The translations under genes were made by a program, and so were the position numbers. Below, piece by piece: positions 38,497 to 49,090 of a stretch of 61,481 bases of DNA. Numbering within the stretch: the first letter of the stretch is position 1; each line of letters begins with the position of its first letter. Location: positions 1 through 61,481 of the forward strand of contig CAWVRN010000030.1 in the NCBI GenBank assembly GCA_963932905.1, given 5' to 3'. The notes under the pieces were generated by a model, which saw nothing but the letters and a program-made list of their open reading frames with translations, did not search any database and had not been told where the DNA came from. The DNA is from an uncultured Bdellovibrio sp. (GTDB lineage Bacteria; Bdellovibrionota; Bdellovibrionia; Bdellovibrionales; Bdellovibrionaceae).

Positions 38497-39879
38497 CTAA
38501 ACTTGAAATCGATCGAGCTGGATTCCTTGTTTCTTCAGCCATGGAATCCACTCAAGCTCCATCTGCGTGCGGCAGAATTCAAGATCGATATCTTCGATAC
38601 GTGGAAATTTGTCGGCTATGGTCGATAAAAGACGCGCCTGAATTTTCCCTGCGTGTTGAGCTTGCTCGTAAGGAATCAAGGTGTAGGTGATCATGCCATA
38701 ACGAGATCGGTATTCTAACGGAAATTCTTTTTCTAGGACAGATTCGATTTTTTTCTGCAGTAAAAAGCTTTGATCGCCAACTTTATCACTCATTTCAACG
38801 AAATTTTCTAGCGCCATGTCGGCAATGGCATTGGCATTATTTATTCGCTGCTGTGAGTATTGTTTTAGGCTGGTTTCAAAATTCCATTGGTTGGATTTTA
38901 ACAGTTCTAATAATTGCGATATATCTTCAAAACCACAGTTCATGCCTTGACCAAAAAATGGAACAATCGCATGCGCGGCATCACCCATAAGTGCGATAGA
39001 ATCTTGGTAGTGCCATTCTGAAAAACGAACAGTGCCTAAGCTGCCTTGTGGATTTTCCAAAAACTGTGTTTCTAATTGCGGTATCAAACCAGCCACATCT
39101 TTAAATTCGGAAGCAAACAATTGCTGAACGCGTTCTTTAGTTTTGACGCTATCAAAACTCCACGGATGATTAGTTTTAGGTAAATACAAGGTTAACGTGA
39201 AACTGTTATCGGTATTGGCCAGTGCCATTAGCATATGGGTACCACGTGGCCAGATATGCAAATTGTTTTTTTCTAAAGCGGGCTCGCCATTTTTAAAAGC
39301 TGGCACATAGAGTTCTTTGTAATCAGACGAAATATAGCTAACGTTTTCGCGAAAGCGTTGCGGGTCGGCGACCTGAAGTCTTTTTCGAACCACTGAACCT
39401 GCGCCATCGGTCGCAAACAGGTGAGTGTAAGAGTAGCTTTTGTTGTTTGAGAATTTTAAATTTTTGGCGATGATATCGATGTCGCTAAGTTCATGATTAA
39501 AATAAAACTCGACACCAACATCTGCGCATTTTTGAATGAGTTTTTTGTTTAGGTCAATTCTGGAGACCGCGTAGTTGCATTCAAAATTATTTCGTCCGTA
39601 AGCTTGGTATTGAGTCGCTCCATCTAGTGCGTGCATACGGCGGCCATAGACGGGCACAGTTGCCGGCAGCACTGAATCGGTTAAACTTGCCAGTTTCAGT
39701 GCATTTAGCCCACGCGATGTTACGATCAGATTGATACTGCGCCCACGGTCGGCATCCATTAAGCGCGGGTCCGATCGTTTTTCAAAAATCTGAACATTGA
39801 AGCCATTTTGTTTTAGCAAATAAGCCCATAGCGAACCCACCAGTCCTGCGCCAATAATGTGAACAGTTTTTTGAGTCAT
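38497..39879 (-). CDS. kmo: Kynurenine 3-monooxygenase
   Basis: GAGLVG, GRSINL, LHIWPR, GDAAHAIVPFFGQGMNCGFED. Confidence 0.93.
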   Translation of the reverse strand: MTQKTVHIIGAGLVGSLWAYLLKQNGFNVQIFEKRSDPRLMDADRGRSINLIVTSRGLNALKLASLTDSVLPATVPVYGRRMHALDGATQYQAYGRNNFECNYAVSRIDLNKKLIQKCADVGVEFYFNHELSDIDIIAKNLKFSNNKSYSYTHLFATDGAGSVVRKRLQVADPQRFRENVSYISSDYKELYVPAFKNGEPALEKNNLHIWPRGTHMLMALANTDNSFTLTLYLPKTNHPWSFDSVKTKERVQQLFASEFKDVAGLIPQLETQFLENPQGSLGTVRFSEWHYQDSIALMGDAAHAIVPFFGQGMNCGFEDISQLLELLKSNQWNFETSLKQYSQQRINNANAIADMALENFVEMSDKVGDQSFLLQKKIESVLEKEFPLEYRSRYGMITYTLIPYEQAQHAGKIQARLLSTIADKFPRIEDIDLEFCRTQMELEWIPWLKKQGIQLDRFQV

Positions 39880-39880
39880 G

Positions 39881-41161
39881 TTATTTCCCATTGAAGAACG
39901 ATTTCATCAATTGCACCAATTGGTAAACATCTGTGAAAGAATTATACATGGCTGTCGGTGTGGCGCGGATGATATTGGGTTCGCGGAAATCAACGATCGC
40001 ATGGTTATTCATTAAATGATTTTTAAATTCTTGATGTTGCGAAGATACTTTTAAGCACAACATCGACCCACGTTCCTTAGGTGTCACCACCGTTAGTTTT
40101 CCGGCTAAGTTATCTTTGATCAAATTTTCAAAGTACGATGTTAATTCATCGCCACGCACACGTGCGTTTCTAATACCCATTTCATCAAACAATTCTAAGG
40201 ATGATTTCAATGCCGCTAATTGAAAAATGGGCGGGTTGCTTAACTGCCACGCTTCAACGGTATGGATGGGATTAAAATTTGGCCCCATTTTGAAGCGATC
40301 AGTTTTGTTATGCCCCCACCAGCCTTCAAAGCGCGGCATTGACTTAAAATCGGCGACACTTTTGGCTGCGGCGTGGTGTTTTTCATGAATAAAACAACCG
40401 GCAATGCCGCCAGCTCCTGAATTTAAATATTTATAACTGCACCAAACTGCAAAATCGACATCGTCATCGTGCAAGCTCATCGCAAGGTTTCCTGCTCCAT
40501 GAGCTAAATTGAAACCAACCTTAGCACCGACCGAGTGAGCGGCCTCAGATATTTTTTGCATATCGAATTTTTGACCCGAAAGATAGTTGCATTGCCCGAT
40601 CAGCACTAAAGCTAAAGACTCTCCAAGGCGTTTGATTTCTGAAATAATAAAATCGGCATCTAGAGAATCGGCACCCGGTGCGTGCTTTAATTCGACGACG
40701 GTGTCCTTGGGATCTAACCCATGAAAACGAGCTTGTGAATCCACCGCGTATTTGTCGGATGGAAACGTGTTGGATTCGATCAGAATTTTTGTGCGGTTAC
40801 CGCTGGGACGGTAGAAACTCGTCATCATCAAATGAAGATTCACCGTTAATGAATTCATCGCAACGACTTCGGATTCCTTAGCTCCCACTAGGCGAGCCAG
40901 CGATGCCGTAACGACTTCGTGATAACTCACCCAAGGTATTTTAGATTTGAAATGGGCTTCTACGCCGAATTCACCCCACGCGTTTAATTCATTGTTGATC
41001 GCTTGTTGCGTTCGCTTTGGCATTAGTCCTAACGAATGGCCAGCGAAATAAAGAACCTCGTGGCCATTTTCTTTAGGGAAAACAAATTCGCTGCGAAACT
41101 TGCTTAACGAATCTTGCGCATCTTTTTGTTTGGCCCATTCTAATGAATTTGGATTCGACAT
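39881..41161 (-). CDS. kynU: Kynureninase
   Basis: GHSLGLMP, LAHGAGN, WCSYKYLNSG, GWWGH, WQLSNPP. Confidence 0.95.
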   Translation of the reverse strand: MSNPNSLEWAKQKDAQDSLSKFRSEFVFPKENGHEVLYFAGHSLGLMPKRTQQAINNELNAWGEFGVEAHFKSKIPWVSYHEVVTASLARLVGAKESEVVAMNSLTVNLHLMMTSFYRPSGNRTKILIESNTFPSDKYAVDSQARFHGLDPKDTVVELKHAPGADSLDADFIISEIKRLGESLALVLIGQCNYLSGQKFDMQKISEAAHSVGAKVGFNLAHGAGNLAMSLHDDDVDFAVWCSYKYLNSGAGGIAGCFIHEKHHAAAKSVADFKSMPRFEGWWGHNKTDRFKMGPNFNPIHTVEAWQLSNPPIFQLAALKSSLELFDEMGIRNARVRGDELTSYFENLIKDNLAGKLTVVTPKERGSMLCLKVSSQHQEFKNHLMNNHAIVDFREPNIIRATPTAMYNSFTDVYQLVQLMKSFFNGK

Positions 41162-41164
41162 GTC

Positions 41165-41965
41165 TTAGTTTCCTTTAATATGAACAACGGCAGGAGGGAG
41201 ATTTGTTTTAATTCCTGAAATTTTAAGTTCAATTTTTTGGTTTGGTTTAAGTTCAACGGCCGCAGTCGCGGCGCCAGCTAAAACAATGCTGCCGGCTTCT
41301 AATGAGCGACCGTTTTCGTGCAGAAGTTCGCACAGCTGAACGATCGACCGGATGGGATTGCCTGAAATTTCTTTTGCATCGCCCGCTTGTGATAACGTAT
41401 CGTTCACAAACATTTCCAGACGTGCGTTTTCTAACATCTTGCCTGATTCAAAAGAAACCCAGTTGCCCATCACAAAATGGGAGGATGATGAATTATCGGC
41501 AATGACATCTTCCATTGAAAAGTATTTAAACTGAGTGTAACGGGAATCTAAAATTTCCATCGTCGCGCAGACATGGGTGATGTTGCCAACGACCGTTTCA
41601 TAAGAAACTTTGCCTTTGAGTGCTGATTTAATTTTAAAAGCAACTTCGGGTTCAATTTTTGAGTGGATTAAGGGTGCGATATCAAAAATCGATCCATTTA
41701 AGACCTGCATTTTGTTAGTCAGTTCGCCATAAAGAGGAGCATCCAAGTTCATCTGTTTACGTTTTCCTTCTGACGTTAATCCCATTTTGTACCCAATGCG
41801 AGTTTCTGACTGGCCTAAACGGTGCTGTATGCCCAATTCTTGGATTTCATAGGCGTCTGCGCGTGACATTTGAACGTTAGCCTGGCTCCATTGTTCCAAA
41901 GATCGTTTAAATAAACGGGCTTCTGTCAATTGACGGGCAATTTCCATTTTTTTTTGCATTTCCAT
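41165..41965 (-). CDS. 4-oxalocrotonate decarboxylase / 2-keto-4-pentenoate hydratase family protein
   Basis: GYKMGLTS, IEPEVAF, EILDSR, IADNSS. Confidence 0.88.
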   Translation of the reverse strand: MEMQKKMEIARQLTEARLFKRSLEQWSQANVQMSRADAYEIQELGIQHRLGQSETRIGYKMGLTSEGKRKQMNLDAPLYGELTNKMQVLNGSIFDIAPLIHSKIEPEVAFKIKSALKGKVSYETVVGNITHVCATMEILDSRYTQFKYFSMEDVIADNSSSSHFVMGNWVSFESGKMLENARLEMFVNDTLSQAGDAKEISGNPIRSIVQLCELLHENGRSLEAGSIVLAGAATAAVELKPNQKIELKISGIKTNLPPAVVHIKGN

Positions 41966-42097
41966 AGATGTTAATCCTTACGTAAACAGATGCCCTCTAT
42001 TTAAGAGTTTTAAATGCTTTTCTGCAAGTGACTTTTTTCCTTTGCTTTAGGCTTTTGCGGTTGACTGTTATTTTTGGATTCTCTTAAATGGTTAGAA

Positions 42098-42739
42098 ATG
42101 AAACTAGATACCCGAAAAATCTACGATATTACACCGACCGTATCACCTAAACTAGCGGTTTTTCCTGGCGATACTCGGTATGAAAATTCCTATTTGATGT
42201 CGTTTGAAAAGGGTGATCACTTAAGTCTTTCGAAAATACATACAACTGTTCATTTGGGCGCGCATGCCGATGCTCCCAGTCATTATCATGCGAACGGTGT
42301 TTCTATCGAAGCGCGGGACTTGAATTTGTATGTAGGATGCGCTCAGGTTATTACAGTTGCCGAAAAGCGTGGCCATCGTATTGGACTAGAGGATGTAAAG
42401 ACCGAAATCCAGGCGCCACGAGTGCTGTTTAAAACAAACTCATTCCCTAATCCTGATCATTGGAATAATGATTTTATGGCCTTGTCGATTGAACTTATTC
42501 AGAACCTGCATCAAAATGGTGTGCGATTGGTCGGCATCGACACACCATCGGTGGATTTGGCGGATGATAAAGTTTTGGAAGTTCATAACGAGATATACAG
42601 ATCCGATTTAGCGATATTAGAAGGTATTGTGCTAACCCACGTACCTGATGGTATTTACGAACTGATGGCGTTACCACTGAAATTAAAAGGGGCCGAGGCA
42701 TCGCCGGTACGTGCTGTATTAGTCGAAACACTGAGGTAG
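42098..42739 (+). CDS. kynB: Kynurenine formamidase (cyclase family)
   Basis: HLGAHADAPSH, GIDTPSVD, EASPVRA. Confidence 0.9.
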   Translation: MKLDTRKIYDITPTVSPKLAVFPGDTRYENSYLMSFEKGDHLSLSKIHTTVHLGAHADAPSHYHANGVSIEARDLNLYVGCAQVITVAEKRGHRIGLEDVKTEIQAPRVLFKTNSFPNPDHWNNDFMALSIELIQNLHQNGVRLVGIDTPSVDLADDKVLEVHNEIYRSDLAILEGIVLTHVPDGIYELMALPLKLKGAEASPVRAVLVETLR

Positions 42740-42745
42740 AGGACT

Positions 42746-44191
42746 ATGGAAAAAATATTAAATTATATAAATGGCGAATGGTTACCTCCTAAAGGTGGAA
42801 AATTTCTGCCAAATATAAATCCAGCGACAGGCACTGAGTATTCGCTAGTTCCTGATTCTGATGCCATGGATGCGGACGCGGCTATTTCAGCTGCTCAGGC
42901 AGCGTTTCCGTTTTGGGCAAAAACATCAGTGCGTGAACGCAGTCAATTGATTCGAAAATTAGCAGATTTGATCAAAGAAAATGCAGATCGTTTGTCCATG
43001 GATGAAACCACGGATAACGGTAAACCATTAAAACTGGCGAGCGAGGTAGATATCCCTCGCAGTGAATTGAACTTTCGGTTTTTTGCAGACCTTTCGATCA
43101 GTTTACATGGAGACGCTTATCGATCGGACTACAATACAATGAGCTATACAGAGTACACGCCATTAGGACCCGTCGTATGTATCTCGCCTTGGAATTTGCC
43201 ATTGTACTTGTTGACCTGGAAAATAGCACCGGCATTGGCAGCTGGTTGTACTGTTGTTGCGAAGCCTTCCGAAATAACCCCCATGACGGCGTATCGATTA
43301 AGTCAGTTGGTAGCGCAAGCTGGCTTTCCCAAAGGTGTTCTTAATTTTGTTCATGGCCGAGGCAGCGTGTTGGGTGAAAAACTGTGCACAGATCCACGTG
43401 TAAAAGCGATTTCGTTCACAGGCAGCACTCCAACTGGACGGACGATTTCATCACTAGCTGCCCCGTTATTTAAAAAGCTAGCTTTAGAAATGGGCGGTAA
43501 AAACCCTGTCGTGATTTTCAAAGATGCTGAATATGAAAAAATGCTAACGACTTTGGTTCGTTCCAGTTTTTCAAATCAAGGACAGATTTGTTTGTGTGGC
43601 TCGCGGATTTTTGTAGAAAAATCGTTGTATGAGCAATTTAAAAACGACTTCACGAAGCGGGTTTTACAATTAAGAGTCGGTGATCCGTTAGATAAACAAT
43701 CTGACTTAGGAGCGGTAGTGAGTGAGCCGCATATGGAAAAAATCCTATCGTATATTAAAAAAGCACGTGATGAGGGTGGGCGAATCTTAATCGGTGGTGA
43801 GCGGTTGACTCTGGGGAACGGGTATTTCATTAAACCCACCGTGATCGAGAATTTGGATTATCAGTCGTGTGTGAATCAAGATGAAATATTTGGCCCTGTC
43901 GTCACTATCACGCCATTTGATTCGGAAGATCAAGCCGTGATGATGGCTAATAGCACTCGTTATGGCTTGGCAGCGAGTGTGTGGACGACAGATTTAAATC
44001 GTTCACAGCGAATGGCGCGAAGAATTGATTCAGGGATCGTTTGGGTGAACACATGGATGAATCGGGATCTAAGGACACCTTTTGGCGGTGTGAAGGAATC
44101 GGGCTATGGCCGCGAAGGCGGCGTCGAAGCGTTGAAGTTTTTCTCGGAAGTGAAGACAATCTGTATTGAAACCAGTCAGGAGCCTACGTGA
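42746..44191 (+). CDS. 2-aminomuconate semialdehyde dehydrogenase
   Basis: SPWNLP, FTGST, LEMGGKN, NQGQICLCGSR; pathway context. Confidence 0.88.
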   Translation: MEKILNYINGEWLPPKGGKFLPNINPATGTEYSLVPDSDAMDADAAISAAQAAFPFWAKTSVRERSQLIRKLADLIKENADRLSMDETTDNGKPLKLASEVDIPRSELNFRFFADLSISLHGDAYRSDYNTMSYTEYTPLGPVVCISPWNLPLYLLTWKIAPALAAGCTVVAKPSEITPMTAYRLSQLVAQAGFPKGVLNFVHGRGSVLGEKLCTDPRVKAISFTGSTPTGRTISSLAAPLFKKLALEMGGKNPVVIFKDAEYEKMLTTLVRSSFSNQGQICLCGSRIFVEKSLYEQFKNDFTKRVLQLRVGDPLDKQSDLGAVVSEPHMEKILSYIKKARDEGGRILIGGERLTLGNGYFIKPTVIENLDYQSCVNQDEIFGPVVTITPFDSEDQAVMMANSTRYGLAASVWTTDLNRSQRMARRIDSGIVWVNTWMNRDLRTPFGGVKESGYGREGGVEALKFFSEVKTICIETSQEPT

Positions 44192-44607
44192 ACGAAATCA
44201 ATTCAAATCGAGCACCCGAACCAGTCGGTAAATACCCACATGCTAGACGTGTTGGGAATTTGTTATTTCTTTCCGGTGTCGGACCGCGTGAAAAGGGAAC
44301 ACAAAAAATACCGGGAGTGGAATTAGATAGCGAAGGAAATATCGTATCCTATGATATTGAAACTCAATGCCGTAGTGTTTTTAAAAATGTAAGATCAATT
44401 TTGGAAGACTCCGGTGCTTCGTGGGAACAACTCGTGGATGTCACCGTGTTTTTGACTAATATGAAAGCTGATTTTGCGACTTACAACCGACTGTGGGCTG
44501 AGTATTTTCCAAGGAATCCTCCGTGTCGCACAACGCTTGAAATTTTGTCACTGCCAACACCTATCGCGATTGAATTAAAATGTATCGCGGTCATGGAAAA
44601 TAAATAA
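44188..44607 (+). CDS. RidA-family 2-aminomuconate deaminase
   Basis: PVGKYPHARRVGNLLFLSG, PCRTT; pathway context. Confidence 0.85.
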   Translation: MNEINSNRAPEPVGKYPHARRVGNLLFLSGVGPREKGTQKIPGVELDSEGNIVSYDIETQCRSVFKNVRSILEDSGASWEQLVDVTVFLTNMKADFATYNRLWAEYFPRNPPCRTTLEILSLPTPIAIELKCIAVMENK

Positions 44608-45137
44608 TGAATTTAACGGAAACATTGAAACTAACAGACTGGATCAAGGAAAATCGTCATTTGTTAAAGCCGCCAGTGGGTAATAAATGCATTTGGCCTC
44701 AACAAGATTTTATCGTGATGGCGGTGGGTGGACCGAATGAAAGAACCGATTTTCATGTCAATCGTGGGGATGAATTCTTCTATCAAGTAGAAGGCGACAT
44801 GACTTTGAAAATTCGCACACCTGAAGCTGAAATCAAAGATGTTAAGATTCGCCAAGGTGATATTTATTTATTGCCAGGAGGGACACCGCATTCGCCACAA
44901 CGTCCGGCTAACACAGTAGGAATTGTGATAGAACGTCGCCGTCAAGCGGCTGAACTGGATGGTCTTCAGTGGTTCTGTGAAAAATGTGGAAATAAGTTGT
45001 ATGAAGAATTTTTCAAGTTAGAAAATATCGAAACTCAGTTCAAAGCTGTTTTTGATCGTTATTACGATAGCCCGCACACGCAGTGTAAACAATGCGGTAC
45101 GGTTAATGGTAGAAAATGGAATCATGCTAAAGATTGA
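44607..45137 (+). CDS. nbaC: 3-hydroxyanthranilate 3,4-dioxygenase
   Basis: LKPPVGN, GGPNERTDFH, PHSPQR, two CxxC motifs. Confidence 0.95.
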   Translation: MNLTETLKLTDWIKENRHLLKPPVGNKCIWPQQDFIVMAVGGPNERTDFHVNRGDEFFYQVEGDMTLKIRTPEAEIKDVKIRQGDIYLLPGGTPHSPQRPANTVGIVIERRRQAAELDGLQWFCEKCGNKLYEEFFKLENIETQFKAVFDRYYDSPHTQCKQCGTVNGRKWNHAKD

Positions 45138-46143
45138 TACTCACACTCATATTCTGCCGCCGGAAATCCCAAAATTTAAAGATCAGTTTGGCTACGGTGG
45201 CTTTATTCAATTAGTTAAAAATGCGGGCTGCAGTCATTGTGACATGATCGATGATAGCGGTAAGTTCTTTCGTCGGGTCGATGCAAATACCTTTGATGCC
45301 GATGAACGAATGAAGGATATGAAATCCTATTTGACTCAAGTCCAAGTGTTGTCGACTGTGCCGGTGATGTTTTCCTATTGGGCAAAACCTGCGGATGGAT
45401 TGACGGTATCACGATTTCTGAATGATCACCTGGCTAATGTCTGTGTGTTGCAGCCAAAAAAATTTATTGGATTAGGCACTTTGCCATTGCAAGATGTAGA
45501 TTTAGCGATCGGTGAAGTTTATCGCTGTGTCGATGAATTAAAACTGGCCGGGTTTCAAATAGGATCGCATGTGATGGGAAAAAATCTATCAGATCCATCT
45601 TTCTTTCCGTTATATGCAGAACTAGAAAAGAAAGGGGCCTGTTTATTTGTACATCCATGGGATATGATGGGTCAGGATACAATGACTAAGTACTGGCTGC
45701 CTTGGCTGGTAGGGATGCCGGCGGAAACATCGCGTGCTATTTGCTCATTCATCTTTGGTGGTGTTTTTGACAAGTTTCCTAAATTGCGGGTTCAGTTTGC
45801 TCATGGCGGTGGAAGTTTTCCATTTACTTTGGGCCGAATTCAGCATGGCTGGGAATCGCGGCCCGATTTATGTGCTGTTGATTGTAAGCTGTCTCCGAAA
45901 GATTACGTTTCTAAATTTTTCGTCGATAGTTTAGTTCATGATCAACGCAGTTTGAAGTTTTTAATAGAAGTTATGGGTGAAGATCATGTGTGTTTAGGTA
46001 CCGACTATCCGTTTCCGTTAGGTGAAACAGAAGCCGGTAAATTAATTGATGGCAGCGGCTTTATTGATAAACCGATGCGTGAAAAACTATTTCATAGAAA
46101 TGCTTTGAAATGGCTTAACAGAAACCAAAACGATTTTTTATAG
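45124..46143 (+). CDS. nbaD: 2-amino-3-carboxymuconate semialdehyde decarboxylase (ACMSD)
   Basis: IDTHTH, FVHPWDM, WLVGMPAET, AHGGG, GTDYPFPLGE. Confidence 0.93.
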   Translation: MLKIDTHTHILPPEIPKFKDQFGYGGFIQLVKNAGCSHCDMIDDSGKFFRRVDANTFDADERMKDMKSYLTQVQVLSTVPVMFSYWAKPADGLTVSRFLNDHLANVCVLQPKKFIGLGTLPLQDVDLAIGEVYRCVDELKLAGFQIGSHVMGKNLSDPSFFPLYAELEKKGACLFVHPWDMMGQDTMTKYWLPWLVGMPAETSRAICSFIFGGVFDKFPKLRVQFAHGGGSFPFTLGRIQHGWESRPDLCAVDCKLSPKDYVSKFFVDSLVHDQRSLKFLIEVMGEDHVCLGTDYPFPLGETEAGKLIDGSGFIDKPMREKLFHRNALKWLNRNQNDFL

Positions 46144-46163
46144 TATAGAATAGAAAGGCTTGT

Positions 46164-46919
46164 ATGCAGTTGGGATTAGACGGAAAAAAAGCGCTAGTTT
46201 TTGGTTCATCGGGTGGAATTGGAAAAGCAATTGCAGAGAGTTTGCTAAAGGAAAAAACACACGTAGTTGTGAATTCGCGAAGCGCCGATAAAATCAAAGC
46301 TACTGTTTCTGAATTTAAAAGTAGTTTCTCAAATGCCAACGTGTACGGCGTGGCTGCGGACTTGACAAAAAAAGACGAAGCAACACGGGCGGTGAAAGAA
46401 GCCAAAGAACTTTTGAACGGCTTAGACGTGTTGGTTGTAAATACCGGGGGCCCAGCCAAAGGTTCTTTTGAAGATATTTCTACAGAACAATGGTTGTTCG
46501 ATTATCAAAATTTATGGATTAGTTTTGTCGATGCTGTAAAAGCCAGTCTTCCTGAAATGAAAAAGAATAAATTTGGCCGTATTCTGTTAATCACGTCTCT
46601 AGCCGCCAAAGAACCATTGAAAGGCTTAACAACATCAAATGGCCTTCGTGCTGGTCTGAGTGGTTTGTGTAAATCGTTAGCGAATGAGGTAGCTATCTAC
46701 GGTATAACGGTTAATGTTTTACTTCCTGGATATACAGATACGGATCGATTAAAGGAACTGAAACTATCTGAAGAAACAGTGAAAGGACTTGTGCCTATGG
46801 GACGGTTAGGACAACCTCAAGAATTGGCGGATTTAGTTTCTTTTTTGGCGTCTGAACGAGCTGGTTATATTACTGGACAGTGTATTGCCGTCGACGGTGG
46901 AGCTTTGCGTAGTTTTTAA
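46164..46919 (+). CDS. SDR-family oxidoreductase
   Basis: GSSGGIG, NTGGP, SNGLR. Confidence 0.9.
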   Translation: MQLGLDGKKALVFGSSGGIGKAIAESLLKEKTHVVVNSRSADKIKATVSEFKSSFSNANVYGVAADLTKKDEATRAVKEAKELLNGLDVLVVNTGGPAKGSFEDISTEQWLFDYQNLWISFVDAVKASLPEMKKNKFGRILLITSLAAKEPLKGLTTSNGLRAGLSGLCKSLANEVAIYGITVNVLLPGYTDTDRLKELKLSEETVKGLVPMGRLGQPQELADLVSFLASERAGYITGQCIAVDGGALRSF

Positions 46920-48139
46920 TTGATATCAACAATCCAAACGCGGCGAACCAAGCGATCGAACTCTTGAGGGGAAATCCATACGTAACCATTATAACCCCAA
47001 GGCTTGCGATACGTATTTTTAACTTTTATAGCAACAGTAACTCCAGATGGAGTGATTTCCATATCCGTGACTGCTAAAGAGTGGCCAAAATTTTCAACGG
47101 TACCATTTATGTCGATGTTAACCATTTTACCGTTGGTTAACCCATCTTTGATGTGCTTAAGAACTTCATTCAGGGGTTGAGGACGAAATACAGGATGTGG
47201 AGATTGTGGCACTAGTTTGAGTAATACATTGGATAGTAAATTTACTTTTTGTTTATCGGGATAAGGGAGTTCTCCATGCATGTATCTTACTTCAATAGGA
47301 GTCGTAGAGCTTTGGCCATACATTTTGCCAAATGATTCTGGGGTATGCTCGACACCATCGTAAATGAATGGTTTCGGCATGATACCCACATAGCTACTGA
47401 GAGCTTTGTCGAAAATATCTTTTTTAATATCATTTAAATTTTTTGGGGCGTAGTAATTGGGATTTAGAATTAAATTGTTTCGCACGATATCTGTTTCGGT
47501 TTTGATGGTTTCGTAAATAGAATTGAAATCCCAACCGTTTTTGCCATCAGACCCATCGGCTAAAATTAAAGGTCGCCAAATATCCTCTGGCACTAAACCA
47601 TGTTGCTGGACCAGTTCGATGGCGTGAGGTAACTCTCCACCCTCTAAATTGAAATGAAATGGCTGAGCATAGCGAGAAATCAAATTGGCGATTACGTGTT
47701 CAAATTTTTTCGCTATAAGGTATTCCGCTCGAAAGCGAAGAGGCCGAGGAGCGGTGCTGCGATTCGCGTAGGCATTTTCAAGGCTGGTTAGATAGGAATA
47801 AAGAAAACATTCTTTTGAAGTGCTTTGATCTAATGTTCTTATTTCTAAGTTGCCGAATGTGTAATTGCCCTTGTTTGGAGAATATGGGTAGAGCATTTGC
47901 CAGAAGGTTGTTTTTGGAACTTGGCCTTCAGTTCCTTCGTTGACCAAAAGCATATCCTTTGGAACTTTCTTTGGGCGATATCGCCAGTTATGAATACGGT
48001 TTCCCCACATCGGTGACAATTGCGACATTTTGTTTGGTGGTGGATCTTTATAAAAATGAGAGCATTGATCATTATTGGCCAATGATGAAATAGAAAAAAA
48101 CAGAGGAAATAGTAATACAAGTGTCTTAAAACTAGTCAT
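46916..48139 (-). CDS. Exported papain-like C1 cysteine peptidase
   Basis: Signal peptide; DQSTSKECFLYS (Q, C), GHSLAV (H), KVKNTY...WGYNGY (N). Confidence 0.75.
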   Translation of the reverse strand: MTSFKTLVLLFPLFFSISSLANNDQCSHFYKDPPPNKMSQLSPMWGNRIHNWRYRPKKVPKDMLLVNEGTEGQVPKTTFWQMLYPYSPNKGNYTFGNLEIRTLDQSTSKECFLYSYLTSLENAYANRSTAPRPLRFRAEYLIAKKFEHVIANLISRYAQPFHFNLEGGELPHAIELVQQHGLVPEDIWRPLILADGSDGKNGWDFNSIYETIKTETDIVRNNLILNPNYYAPKNLNDIKKDIFDKALSSYVGIMPKPFIYDGVEHTPESFGKMYGQSSTTPIEVRYMHGELPYPDKQKVNLLSNVLLKLVPQSPHPVFRPQPLNEVLKHIKDGLTNGKMVNIDINGTVENFGHSLAVTDMEITPSGVTVAIKVKNTYRKPWGYNGYVWISPQEFDRLVRRVWIVDIN

Positions 48140-48312
48140 TACTCTCCTTAATAAAAGATATACGGGGCTGCTGAACCACACCTAATATCTAGTACAGGAA
48201 TCAGACCAAAATGGGGCGTTTCTGGACGTATTAAAATCATTTAATTTCAAATTAATTGAGTATTTAGATTCGTTTGCTAACCTAAGACTCACAATTGCGA
48301 AAAGGAGTTTTT

Positions 48313-48666
48313 ATGAAACAAGTATTAGTAATGGCTTTGGTTGTCGTTGGTTTTTTAACTGCAAATGCACAAGATTCATCAGACAAACCATCAGTAGCTG
48401 CGCCGTCGACAGGTGTTGATGCTGGTAAACCTTCTAAAGAACAACGAAAAGCTATGCATGAAGCGCTAAAAGATGAAAAAAGCGCCGTGGATTCTGCCTG
48501 CGTAGAGGAAGCAAAAGCAGCTAATTGCGGTGACAAAATAGTAGGTAAAGGTCTTTTAAAATGCATTCATGAACACAAGAAGGCGAGTAAAGAATTCAAA
48601 GTTTCAGATGGTTGCAAGTCAGCAATGAAAAACCTGCGTGCTGAAAAAGAAAAACTTAGAAAATAG
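48313..48666 (+). CDS. Small exported Cys-rich protein
   Basis: Signal peptide ending ANA; C...C...LLKC...VSDGC pattern. Confidence 0.8.
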   Translation: MKQVLVMALVVVGFLTANAQDSSDKPSVAAPSTGVDAGKPSKEQRKAMHEALKDEKSAVDSACVEEAKAANCGDKIVGKGLLKCIHEHKKASKEFKVSDGCKSAMKNLRAEKEKLRK

Positions 48667-48690
48667 TTATTTAAATAAAAGATGAATATT

Positions 48691-48724
48691 AATGGCTACT
48701 CACGAGATTGAGTGGCCATTTTTT
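48691..48724 (+). terminator. Intrinsic terminator
   Basis: AATGGCTACTCA/TGAGTGGCCATT stem followed by a T-run. Confidence 0.8.
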
Positions 48725-49090
48725 ACTTACGGGCTCGTTTCTTTATTGTCGTGAAATGCGACAAAGTCTCAAGATAAGACGGTATCTATCGAAAGTAGTC
48801 GATTTTAATTTTTTATAAATTTGATACAACTTTTGTTTTTGTCACAAGTCTAAACAGTTTTCCTATCAAAGTAGGATGATCGACATATCAAAATGAAGCA
48901 AAATTCTCGAATCAAAACACCGGAATTAAATTTCTAAAAATATCTAACTTTCTCATAGTGAGAATCATAAATCGTTTCGATAGGATAACTACTAAATGAA
49001 AACTTATTGAACATTTTATCGAGGTTATAGGCTTTGGAATAAGTGAAATAAACCGAATATACTGAAAGGGTTCTGGCATTTTCTTGTTCA

